IMG/VR virus record: IMGVR_UViG_3300010354_006477
Coordinates: 1-60,512 of that record
DNA from: a virus
Lineage: Duplodnaviria > Caudoviricetes
DNA length: 60,512 nt
Strand: one strand, 5' to 3'
Part shown: piece after piece, positions 8,742-17,615 of the stretch
Position numbering within the stretch: position 1 is the stretch's first letter
Layout: the number at the start of each line of letters is the position of its first letter
Notes under the pieces: model-generated
What the model was told of the DNA's origin: nothing
The model's database searches: none
What the model saw: the letters and a program-made list of their open reading frames with translations, nothing else
Translations under genes and position numbers: made by a program

Positions 8742-11700
8742 TTAAAATAGACAAAAACATAGTTCAAACAATTACATGGGAACAGGATCCTAATACATTT
8801 GATCGTAGATTACATGCAGCCGGTCAAGCCCATGATGAGTTTATCGTTGTTAATCCTAAGTACGATCCATGGATTTTAGACTATATTGATCCCAAAGAGA
8901 TCGTCAGCGACAAATGTGTAGTCTGGGCCATAGATAACTTGTGGCTAGTTAAGAAATTTAAAAGGTCTTGGACCGAATCCAAAGGCTGGGACTTGGTTCA
9001 TTGTGAACTTGATATTGAAAAGTCTGTTAAGTTCAATCCCGAAGTCAAGTTCATTAATACTAGTTTACGCAACAGCATTGAAAACTATAAAATTAATATT
9101 GAAGATGCTGCCAGCGAACATGTATGGTATACAGAGGATCGTGTCTGGATCGCCAAGGCCGTTGCTACAGAATTTGAAATAACTGGCAGCAAAGACATGG
9201 GTGTATTGTCTGCGCCGTTAGTTTACAATCCGGCATTGCCTGAAGTTGATTTTGACATAACAATAGATTTACCTTACTTTCACTATGACTATAACTACGA
9301 ACTAGTCTGGTATATAGACGACAAGTTTAATAATGATGGTGTAAAGATATGGGTAGCAAAGTTTTTACCTGACGCATCTCAAGGTGTCAAAGACATGGGT
9401 TATGTTCAACCGGTGATTGAATATAACTCTTATATACCTATTGACGAGTTTGATAGCATCTCTGCTCCTTATCAAGATTTAATCTACGAGCATGTATGGT
9501 ATCTTGATTCTGGCTTTACTTATTTAGGTGATAAGATTTGGGCAGCGAAAATTACTCCGCGCAATAGTCAAGGCTACAAGGAAAAAGGTTTTATTAAGCC
9601 CAAAGATTACGCAGGTCCAGTTATGGAATACAATCCTGCTATACCTCAAGTTGAGTTTGATTTTAGTCGTCGTGTTGTATACCACGACCTCAACTATGAT
9701 TTAGTATGGTACTTAGATCCTAATTATGTAGAAGATTCCACAAAAGTCTGGGCAGTAAAGATCGCATCTGTTGGTCCAAGCAAAGGCGTCAAGGACATGG
9801 GCTATGTTGGTCCGGTTATTGAATACAATAAAGATATTCCTGATGTTGATTGTGTAGATAATACCGCAGCAACATATATCGACTTTGACTACGAACTAGT
9901 TTGGTACCTGGATCCTAAGTTTAACTTTGATAACGAAAAGATTTGGGTTAAGCGTATAACACCTAAAAATTCTAAAGGTGTTAAGGACATGGGTTATACT
10001 AGCCCTCTGATCGAATATAACAGTGATATTCCTTCTGTTAAATTTGATGTTGAATTTAGTATACCCTATCAAGACTTAATATACGAGCATGTTTGGTATA
10101 TAGATAAAAAGTTTAACTTCGAACCAGCAAAAGTCTGGTACGCTAAAATCAGTCCTCGCACAGTTCACGGTCACAAAGACATGGGCTTTGTCAGTCCTGT
10201 ATTAATAACTAATCCAGCTCTTAACAATTTTAACTTTGATATCAGAACAGCTACTCCTTATTATAATCTGGACTATGAACTGGTATGGTATTTAGACAAC
10301 AATTATAACCCGACTGAAGAAAAGATTTGGGCAGCAAAAATTAAACCTATTAATGAGCCCCAAGGACTTAAAGACATGGGCTATGTTAGTCCCATAGTCG
10401 AATACAATCAAGACATACCTAGGTTCGATATTGAAGAAGACCAGTCGGCTACATATATTGATTTTGAATATGAACTAGTTTGGTACTTGGATCCTAAGTT
10501 TAACTTTGATAACGAAAAGATTTGGGTTAAAAGGATTAGACCTAATAAATCTTTGGGTGTCAAAGACATGGGCTATGTTCGTCCTGTAATCAAATATAAT
10601 CCTGACATTCCTAAGGTTGCGTTTGATGTTGATATATCTGTTCCTTATCAGGATCTAATATATGATCATGTATGGTATTTAGATCAACGTTTTAATCCTC
10701 TAGAAGATCGTGTATGGGCTATTAGAATAGCTGTGTCCGAGTCTCAAGGTCTTAAGACTATGGGATCAGTTAGTCCCATTATTAAAAAGAATCCTGCTAT
10801 TCCTGATGTTAATTTTGTGTTTGATGAAGTTCTGCCATACTACGAATTTAAAAATGATATAGTATGGTATATTGATCCAAGATTTAACCCCACTGATGAC
10901 AGTATCTGGGCATTGCGAATCGATAGTCTGGAGCCAGATCCAGGATTAAAAGATGTAGGCTTTGCACATCCTGAGTTTGTTTATAATCCTGATATTCCTC
11001 GACTGGATTATTTTATTGACGATCATATTCCCTATTATGACCTAGGTTATGAACATGTGTGGATGCTAGATGATAATCTACATACAGATAATGAAAAGAT
11101 TTGGGCAGCAAGAATTATACCTAATGGTCAACGATTAGGTGTTAAAGAAGTAGGTAATATTGGGGTTCGATTTGGCGGCTTTGATGTAGTGTTTATTAGC
11201 TATCATGAACCCAATGCCGAAGCCAATTGGCAGCGTGTTCTGGAAATTTGCCCGACTGCCAAACGAGTTAAAAATGTCAAAGGTATCTTTCAAGCACATA
11301 AACAGGCTGCTGCTTTAGCCACTACAGAAATGTTTTATGTAGTTGACGGTGATGCCGAGCTAGTAGACAACTGGCGCTTTGATTTTAGACCCAATGTGTT
11401 CGACATGGACTGCGTACACTTGTGGACCAGTATCAATCCCATTAATGATTTAGAGTACGGCTATGGTGGTGTTAAGTTGTTCCCAAGACAAATGCTGTTA
11501 GATGCTGAAACTTGGAAGATTGACTTAACCACCGGACTAGGTAAACTTAAACTAGTTAACAAAATCAGTAATGTCACTGCTTTTAACTATGATGCTTTTA
11601 CTACTTGGCGTAGTGCTTTTAGAGAATGTGCTAAGTTAAGTTCTAGTCTAGATCCGGATGCTGAGCGCAGATTAGAAATTTGGTGTACACAAGGCATGGA

Positions 11701-11845
11701 CAGACCCAACGGCCAATACGCCATTGATGGTGCAAAACTAGGCAGACAATACGGCCTAGACAACTTAAATAACACTGACAAGTTAAAATTAATCAACGAC
11801 TACGAATGGATGAAAAATGAGTTTAATGAATTCTATAAACACTAA
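8738..11845 (+). CDS. Large repeat protein with a C-terminal glycosyltransferase-like domain
   Basis: About 11 tandem ~65-aa repeats, then a FDVVFISYHEPNA...FYVVDGD...YGYGGVKLF...AFREC domain paralogous to the next two genes. Confidence 0.8.
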   Translation: MIKIDKNIVQTITWEQDPNTFDRRLHAAGQAHDEFIVVNPKYDPWILDYIDPKEIVSDKCVVWAIDNLWLVKKFKRSWTESKGWDLVHCELDIEKSVKFNPEVKFINTSLRNSIENYKINIEDAASEHVWYTEDRVWIAKAVATEFEITGSKDMGVLSAPLVYNPALPEVDFDITIDLPYFHYDYNYELVWYIDDKFNNDGVKIWVAKFLPDASQGVKDMGYVQPVIEYNSYIPIDEFDSISAPYQDLIYEHVWYLDSGFTYLGDKIWAAKITPRNSQGYKEKGFIKPKDYAGPVMEYNPAIPQVEFDFSRRVVYHDLNYDLVWYLDPNYVEDSTKVWAVKIASVGPSKGVKDMGYVGPVIEYNKDIPDVDCVDNTAATYIDFDYELVWYLDPKFNFDNEKIWVKRITPKNSKGVKDMGYTSPLIEYNSDIPSVKFDVEFSIPYQDLIYEHVWYIDKKFNFEPAKVWYAKISPRTVHGHKDMGFVSPVLITNPALNNFNFDIRTATPYYNLDYELVWYLDNNYNPTEEKIWAAKIKPINEPQGLKDMGYVSPIVEYNQDIPRFDIEEDQSATYIDFEYELVWYLDPKFNFDNEKIWVKRIRPNKSLGVKDMGYVRPVIKYNPDIPKVAFDVDISVPYQDLIYDHVWYLDQRFNPLEDRVWAIRIAVSESQGLKTMGSVSPIIKKNPAIPDVNFVFDEVLPYYEFKNDIVWYIDPRFNPTDDSIWALRIDSLEPDPGLKDVGFAHPEFVYNPDIPRLDYFIDDHIPYYDLGYEHVWMLDDNLHTDNEKIWAARIIPNGQRLGVKEVGNIGVRFGGFDVVFISYHEPNAEANWQRVLEICPTAKRVKNVKGIFQAHKQAAALATTEMFYVVDGDAELVDNWRFDFRPNVFDMDCVHLWTSINPINDLEYGYGGVKLFPRQMLLDAETWKIDLTTGLGKLKLVNKISNVTAFNYDAFTTWRSAFRECAKLSSSLDPDAERRLEIWCTQGMDRPNGQYAIDGAKLGRQYGLDNLNNTDKLKLINDYEWMKNEFNEFYKH
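9032..11178 (+). repeat. Intragenic tandem protein repeat, ~64-69 aa unit, 10 clear copies plus 1 degenerate
   Basis: Consensus YNPxIPxxxF...PYxDxxYEhVWYLDxxFN...KIWxxxI...GxKDMGYVxP. DNA 9893-9951 and 10472-10530 are identical at 58 of 59 nt. Confidence 0.9.
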
Positions 11846-12821
11846 TAGTTTAACATCTACCAATTATACATTTCGCCTTAAGGATATTCCTGTAGTATTT
11901 TTAAGTTACGACGAACCTAATGCCGACGAAAACTTTGAACGACTAAAGGCTACTCACCCTAACAAAAATTTAGTGCATCGTGTACATGGTGTTAAGGGAC
12001 TCGATGCTGCACACAAGGCCTGTGCTGCATTTGCCGAAAACGATAGATTCTTTACTGTAGATGGCGACTGCTATGTTGACTCTGCTATATGGCGTCAAAG
12101 TATTGAAGTTCCAGCCAATGATATACGAGCAACATTCAGCTGGAGCAGTCGCAACATTGTCAATGGTCTTGTTTATGGCAACGGCGGAGTTAAGTTATGG
12201 TACGCACCATATGTATTAAACATGCGTACACATGAAGCTGCTACTAAAGATGATAATGACAACAATGTAGACTTTTGTTGGGACTTTGAAAACTACAAGC
12301 AAATGAACAACACTTATGGCACTGTTATGAACAATGCCAGTCCTTTCCAAGCATTCAGAGCAGGCTTTAGAGAGGGTGTAAAAATGGGGCTAGATCAAGG
12401 GCACAAAGTAAACATCGAAGACTTCAATCATAAAATGTATCCTGGCAACTTTGCTCGTTGGCTAATATGGATGACGGTGGGTCGCGATGTTGACAATGGA
12501 GCTTGGGCAATCTACGGCGCTAGACTCGGTGCTTATAATTTGTACATCGAAAACTTTGATCATAGTCTAATCAGCGACTATGATTGGTTTAAGGCATACT
12601 GGTCAGACATCGAAGAGCTAACTACTAATCCCGACGAAGACAGCAATCGTGTCATGCAGGCCTTAGTCGAGAAGCTTAACTTGCCACTAGCAGAACTCGA
12701 CGCCGGCCAAAGCCGCTGGTTTAAACATGTTAACATTAATCCTCCTAAGAATTTTGGCTGGCCTGCAATGCTAAATCACAGTGCGCTACCTTTGTTTGGA
12801 TTTACACTACCTAGGTTTTAA
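11817..12821 (+). CDS. Glycosyltransferase-like protein (GT-A-like, DxD)
   Basis: VVFLSYDEPNA, VHGVKGLDAAHKACA, FFTVDGD, YGNGGVKLW, AFRAGFREGVK. Confidence 0.65.
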   Translation: MSLMNSINTNSLTSTNYTFRLKDIPVVFLSYDEPNADENFERLKATHPNKNLVHRVHGVKGLDAAHKACAAFAENDRFFTVDGDCYVDSAIWRQSIEVPANDIRATFSWSSRNIVNGLVYGNGGVKLWYAPYVLNMRTHEAATKDDNDNNVDFCWDFENYKQMNNTYGTVMNNASPFQAFRAGFREGVKMGLDQGHKVNIEDFNHKMYPGNFARWLIWMTVGRDVDNGAWAIYGARLGAYNLYIENFDHSLISDYDWFKAYWSDIEELTTNPDEDSNRVMQALVEKLNLPLAELDAGQSRWFKHVNINPPKNFGWPAMLNHSALPLFGFTLPRF

Positions 12822-12822
12822 A

Positions 12823-13497
12823 ATGACGCCTGTTTATTTTTTATATACTGACGAATTAAATCGCGAAGAAAACTTTAAAAGATTGCAAAGCAAAGTGCCG
12901 CATGCCCATAGTGTTGCAGCAGTAGGTAATATTTTTGCTAGCCATAAACACATTGCCAACATTTGCGATGCTGACAGATTTTATGTTGTAGACGCAGATT
13001 GCTGGATAGTTGACAGTTTTAATTTTGATAAACAAATTGATCTCAAGCCTAAGAGCGTAGCAGTATTTCGTGCCAAAAATCCCATTAACGGGTTAGTCTA
13101 TGGCCATGGCGGTATTAAATTGTTTAGCAAAGATTGTTTTAGTGCAGAGCGATTGGATCGTCCGGACATGACAACAACATTAGCTGACAGCTATATCAAA
13201 GTAAATGTACTAGCTAGTGAGCATAGATTTAATTACACACCATTTTCAACTTGGCGTACTGCATTCCGCGAAGCAGTAAAACTCAGTGCTGGTATTAATA
13301 AAAATAACAACGATCAAGAAAGTCTAGATCGTCTCAATATGTGGCTGAATGCTGGCTTGGAAGCTAAACATGGATATTTTAGTGTACATGGTGCTCGTGC
13401 TGGAGAATTATTTGCCGCACAGCCCGGCAGTGATCTTAACTTAGTTAATGACTTTAAATTTATTGAGTTTAAATTCAGGGAGTGGCTAGGTGTATAA
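12823..13497 (+). CDS. Glycosyltransferase-like protein (GT-A-like, DxD)
   Basis: FYVVDAD, NPINGLVYGHGGIKLF, TWRTAFREAVKL. Start moved to the ATG at 12823. Confidence 0.65.
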   Translation: MTPVYFLYTDELNREENFKRLQSKVPHAHSVAAVGNIFASHKHIANICDADRFYVVDADCWIVDSFNFDKQIDLKPKSVAVFRAKNPINGLVYGHGGIKLFSKDCFSAERLDRPDMTTTLADSYIKVNVLASEHRFNYTPFSTWRTAFREAVKLSAGINKNNNDQESLDRLNMWLNAGLEAKHGYFSVHGARAGELFAAQPGSDLNLVNDFKFIEFKFREWLGV

Positions 13498-14668
13498 TTA
13501 TCAGGACATTGAAGTAGTTCATTTAGAAATGACAGAGGCCTGTAACGCTTCGTGTCCTATGTGTGCAAGGAATTTAAATGGCGGAGATATTAATCCTCAT
13601 CTTAATGGGCGCGAACTTAGCATTAGCGACATTGAACATATATTTAAAATAGACTTTGTAAAACAATTAAAACGCATTTACATGTGCGGCAACTACGGCG
13701 ATCCGGCAGTAGCCAAAGATACGCTAGAAGCATTTGCGTATTTTAGAGAACATAATCCAGACTTGTTTCTAAGTATGCATACCAATGGCTCAATGAAGAA
13801 GCCTGAATGGTGGGCAGAATTGGCAAGTGTAATTGGGCGCAAAGGTTATGTAGTATTTGGCTTAGATGGCTTAGAAGACACTAATCATTTGTATCGTCAA
13901 GGCACGGTATGGTCTAATATAATGCGTAATGTTGAAGCATTTATAAAAGCCGGAGGCCGTGCGCGATGGGATTTTATTGTTTTTGCTCACAACGAACATC
14001 AAGTTGAAGCTGCTGAAGAACTATCAAAGCAAATGGGCTTTGAAAAGTTTCAATACAAAAAGTCTGCAAGATTCTTTAGCAATACAAAAGCACAAACTAA
14101 AGATGCACATCAAGCACAAAACCGTAAAGGTTTGACAACATTATTGCAAGCTCCGACTAATCCCAAGTATCGCAACGCTGTATTAGATAAGCTAAAAGAA
14201 GCAGCTAATCCTGCTAATGAACAAAAGATTACAGTAGACAATGTAGTAACAATTGACAAGCTCACTGGGCTTCAAGGTATCCAGACTTTTAGCACTGATC
14301 CTGCTAAAAAGAAACCAGTAGAACATATTTGGGACGAAGCTGTCATTGACTGTAAAGTAGCTAAAGAAAAGAATTTATATATCACTGCTGAAGGTGTTGT
14401 GCAGCCTTGCTGTTGGCTTGCTGGCCAGATGTATGTTTGGTATTATAAAGAACAAGGTGCCCAAGTTTGGAAGTTTATCAATGAAGCAAGTGTTGATTCA
14501 ATTGATGCTAAAAAACATAGTCTAGAAGAAATTATACAAGGTGACTATTTTCAGAAAATAATCCCCGACAGCTGGAACAAGCCCAGCTGTGCCGAAGGCA
14601 AAAGTTCAATGTGCGCTAAAATTTGTGGAACTAAATACGATGCGTTCAAAGAACAATTCAATACATGA
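13490..14668 (+). CDS. Radical SAM protein with C-terminal SPASM/twitch-like domain (type A)
   Basis: CNASCPMC, CGNYGDP, HTNG, C-terminal C...PCC...CAKIC. GTG start. Confidence 0.9.
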   Translation: MYNYQDIEVVHLEMTEACNASCPMCARNLNGGDINPHLNGRELSISDIEHIFKIDFVKQLKRIYMCGNYGDPAVAKDTLEAFAYFREHNPDLFLSMHTNGSMKKPEWWAELASVIGRKGYVVFGLDGLEDTNHLYRQGTVWSNIMRNVEAFIKAGGRARWDFIVFAHNEHQVEAAEELSKQMGFEKFQYKKSARFFSNTKAQTKDAHQAQNRKGLTTLLQAPTNPKYRNAVLDKLKEAANPANEQKITVDNVVTIDKLTGLQGIQTFSTDPAKKKPVEHIWDEAVIDCKVAKEKNLYITAEGVVQPCCWLAGQMYVWYYKEQGAQVWKFINEASVDSIDAKKHSLEEIIQGDYFQKIIPDSWNKPSCAEGKSSMCAKICGTKYDAFKEQFNT

Positions 14669-15630
14669 CGACACCTATTGAAATATTTAATGATTCTAAT
14701 AGATTCACAATCGACTGGACTCTAAATACTTTATGCACTTATCATTGCAGTTATTGTCCTCCTGAATTACATCGGGGCAGAAATGTGTTTCGAAATCGCG
14801 AGGAAGATCAGTTAGTTTTATTAAATTTTCTCAACAAGCTTCGATTACAATTAAAAGATCGCAGCGTACATATTTTTATTAATGGCGGCGAACCTACTAT
14901 AAGTCCGGTTTTTGAAACTCTACTAGATTTTATAGACTCGGCCGGCTGGTCGGCTTATGTTAATACTAACGCTAGTCGTAGTTTAGATTGGTGGCAGCAG
15001 TACGCTAAGAAAGCTTTTAAAATTACTGTTAGTTATCATCCAGAGTCGGTCAATGACGATGAAATATTTGAAAAAGTTGAGTATATCAGCACGCAAACTA
15101 ATGTAGGCGTATTTACACTTATGTATCCGCCATTATGGGATAAAGCTGTTAACGCTTATAATCGATTTAAAACTATGCCCGCAGTAACTGTCGGAGCTAG
15201 CAGAGTTTTTAAACGGGACACTCAACAAGTTTCGTCTAGCTATGAATATTCATTAGAGCAGTTAGCTTGGTTAGAAGAAAACAGTCGAGTTATTTTTAAG
15301 ACAGGGATAAAGAGATATAGTCCCGGAAGTGCGTTCGGGCAAACATTTATAAAGCACAATGATTCTACTATTGAAAGAATGGACGAAGTTGAGCTAGTTA
15401 ATAAAGGGCAGAATAAATTTTTAGGCTGGTCCTGTACTATGGGTCAGAATCACTTGTTTATTGATTCCAATTGGAATATAAGGCCAGCTACTTGCAATAC
15501 ATTATCTACTTTTACTACAATTGAAAAGTTTGATAAACTACTTAGTGAAGATGTTTATTGTCGAGATAATTATTGTATGTGTACAGCAGATGTAATGATA
15601 CCAAAAAAATATGAATCCGTATCTTCCTAA
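14665..15630 (+). CDS. Radical SAM protein with C-terminal Cys-rich domain (type C)
   Basis: CTYHCSYC, GGEPT, TNAS, SYH, GWSC...C...C....CMC.AD..IPK. Confidence 0.9.
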   Translation: MTTPIEIFNDSNRFTIDWTLNTLCTYHCSYCPPELHRGRNVFRNREEDQLVLLNFLNKLRLQLKDRSVHIFINGGEPTISPVFETLLDFIDSAGWSAYVNTNASRSLDWWQQYAKKAFKITVSYHPESVNDDEIFEKVEYISTQTNVGVFTLMYPPLWDKAVNAYNRFKTMPAVTVGASRVFKRDTQQVSSSYEYSLEQLAWLEENSRVIFKTGIKRYSPGSAFGQTFIKHNDSTIERMDEVELVNKGQNKFLGWSCTMGQNHLFIDSNWNIRPATCNTLSTFTTIEKFDKLLSEDVYCRDNYCMCTADVMIPKKYESVSS

Positions 15631-16675
15631 TCCAAGAAAATTACAATTTGAACTAAGCTCTATGTGCAATGCATTATGCTTAGGTTGTGTTCGCACCGAT
15701 TCAACTTCGTTTAATGAAAAGAAATATGTAATCCCTGAAAAACAATATATCAGCTTTGATGTTTTTAAGAAAATATTATTATCGCCTAGTTTTAGTTCTA
15801 TAGAAGAATTAGAGTTTTGTGGCACTATCGATGATCCTTTGATGCATCCCGAGTTCCTGGAGTTTTTAGATTGGGCTAGCACAGTAGGTCGATATAATGT
15901 ATTAATTCATACTAATGCCAGTTTACGCAATACCAAATATTGGCAACGAATGGCAGAAATTTTACAAAAGCACGATAGGCATGTAGTAAAATTTAGTATC
16001 GATGGCATGGAAGATACTAACCATATCTATAGACAAAATACTATTTGGTCTAAAATCATGGAAAATGCACGAGCATTTATTGCGGCCGGCGGCAACGCAG
16101 GCTGGCAATATTTAATATTTCCATGGAACGAACATCAAATCATGGAAGCAAAACAACTCAGTGTCGAAATGGGGTTCAATGAATTTATGAGTCGCCATGA
16201 CAGAAGTGTTGCTACAAGTCTCGGTTTAGAAAAAATACAAAAAATTAAAGTCGATGACATTAAACGTCGTTCCTCTTACACTGATCTAACCTCTATTAAT
16301 AACAGATTAGCAGATTCAGTTCATAACGAAATTCAATGTAACAATCAAACTAAAAAAATGTACTTTATTGGGTTTGATAGTAGACTATGGCCTTGTTGTT
16401 TCCTGCATAACGGCCTTATAAATTTAGATCAAGGAAAAGTCGATGCGCTGAAAAAAAGATTATATGATGCATACGGCGACGATTCTTGGAATGATCTAAC
16501 TAAACATACTGTCGAGGAAATTCTTCAACACGAATTTTATCAAAATGATCTGGTGGCAAGCTGGTCTGACTACGAACACGATATAACTAAAACAAGTAGA
16601 ATATATAGATGTACAGAAGTCTGCAACGTTAAGAAACTTGAAGTTCTTCCAATTGGAAATTACAAAATACTATGA
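15611..16675 (+). CDS. Radical SAM protein with C-terminal SPASM/twitch-like domain (type A)
   Basis: CNALCLGC, CGTIDDP, FSIDG, PCC, CTEVC. Confidence 0.9.
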   Translation: MNPYLPNPRKLQFELSSMCNALCLGCVRTDSTSFNEKKYVIPEKQYISFDVFKKILLSPSFSSIEELEFCGTIDDPLMHPEFLEFLDWASTVGRYNVLIHTNASLRNTKYWQRMAEILQKHDRHVVKFSIDGMEDTNHIYRQNTIWSKIMENARAFIAAGGNAGWQYLIFPWNEHQIMEAKQLSVEMGFNEFMSRHDRSVATSLGLEKIQKIKVDDIKRRSSYTDLTSINNRLADSVHNEIQCNNQTKKMYFIGFDSRLWPCCFLHNGLINLDQGKVDALKKRLYDAYGDDSWNDLTKHTVEEILQHEFYQNDLVASWSDYEHDITKTSRIYRCTEVCNVKKLEVLPIGNYKIL

Positions 16676-17334
16676 TTGATTTTAATAATTTACATGTTGG
16701 GTTAACAAATCGTTGTCGATTATCGTGTCCCGAGTGTGCTAGAACTATCCCTGGCGGCCGCTATGTTCAAAAAATGTTTGACCTAGATGTTGAATATTTT
16801 AAAAAATTTCTACTAGACTGTCATCCACGATTAATATTATTTTGTGGCAATTGGGGAGATCCGATTTACAGCAAAGACTTTATTGGCTTAGTCGATGCAA
16901 TTAAAAAAAGTAACCCAGACTGCTGTTTATTGATCCATACTAACGGATCAGGTAAAAGCACCGAATGGTGGACTAAATTAACCGAAACATTACATGACAA
17001 CGATATGCTGGTGTTCAGCATAGACGGTACACCGGAAAATTATACTAAGTATAGAATAAACAGTGAGTGGGCAGATGTTGAAAACGCCATTAAAACTGTA
17101 ATTGCAACCAAAAAAAGATTAAACAAAAAAACTAGCATACAATGGAAACATCTTGTGTTTTCTTACAATGAAAATACCATAATGGATTCTTATAAAATTA
17201 GTGTTGAAATGGGCTTCGACAAATTTTTCTTACAGCACGGATTAGTTTATGCAGAACCTTGGTTAGCAACGAGTAAGCCGTTTAGAGAAATCGAAAATAA
17301 TTTTTATGAGCAAAAAAATAAATCCTTACTGTAA
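16672..17334 (+). CDS. Radical SAM core domain, type A, without its C-terminal Fe-S domain
   Basis: CRLSCPEC, CGNWGDP, HTNGSG, FSIDG. The ORF ends before the PCC region found in its paralogs. Confidence 0.85.
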   Translation: MIDFNNLHVGLTNRCRLSCPECARTIPGGRYVQKMFDLDVEYFKKFLLDCHPRLILFCGNWGDPIYSKDFIGLVDAIKKSNPDCCLLIHTNGSGKSTEWWTKLTETLHDNDMLVFSIDGTPENYTKYRINSEWADVENAIKTVIATKKRLNKKTSIQWKHLVFSYNENTIMDSYKISVEMGFDKFFLQHGLVYAEPWLATSKPFREIENNFYEQKNKSLL

Positions 17335-17605
17335 AAAATACCCCGGGGCATTTATTGAATTTACCGGTCTTGTAACTCCTTGTTGTTGGTTAGTTACAGA
17401 TAAGAACCGCCATGATACTCTCAAAAATTTCATGGGCAATGATTATGATCGCATATTCATTACTAACAGTAAAGAAGACATAATAAATGCTTACAAAAAA
17501 TTAGAAGAAAGTTGGAATACAAATAGTCCTTTTTCAACTTGTGTTACAGTATGTGGTGCAAGCAACGATGAAAATGCATTAAACAGAGATATACGATTTG
17601 AGTAA
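17306..17605 (+). CDS. Stand-alone SPASM/twitch-like Fe-S domain
   Basis: C...GLVTPCCW...CVTVC matches the C-termini of the 13490, 15611 and 22063 proteins. Confidence 0.75.
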   Translation: MSKKINPYCKKYPGAFIEFTGLVTPCCWLVTDKNRHDTLKNFMGNDYDRIFITNSKEDIINAYKKLEESWNTNSPFSTCVTVCGASNDENALNRDIRFE

Positions 17606-17615
17606 CTAAAATATT

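Noticed and set aside
9032-11178. Periodic DNA similarity as a CRISPR array or DGR template/variable repeat
   Set aside because: The repeats are in-frame, ~195-nt, diverged coding units. There is no spacer structure, cas gene or reverse transcriptase in the window.
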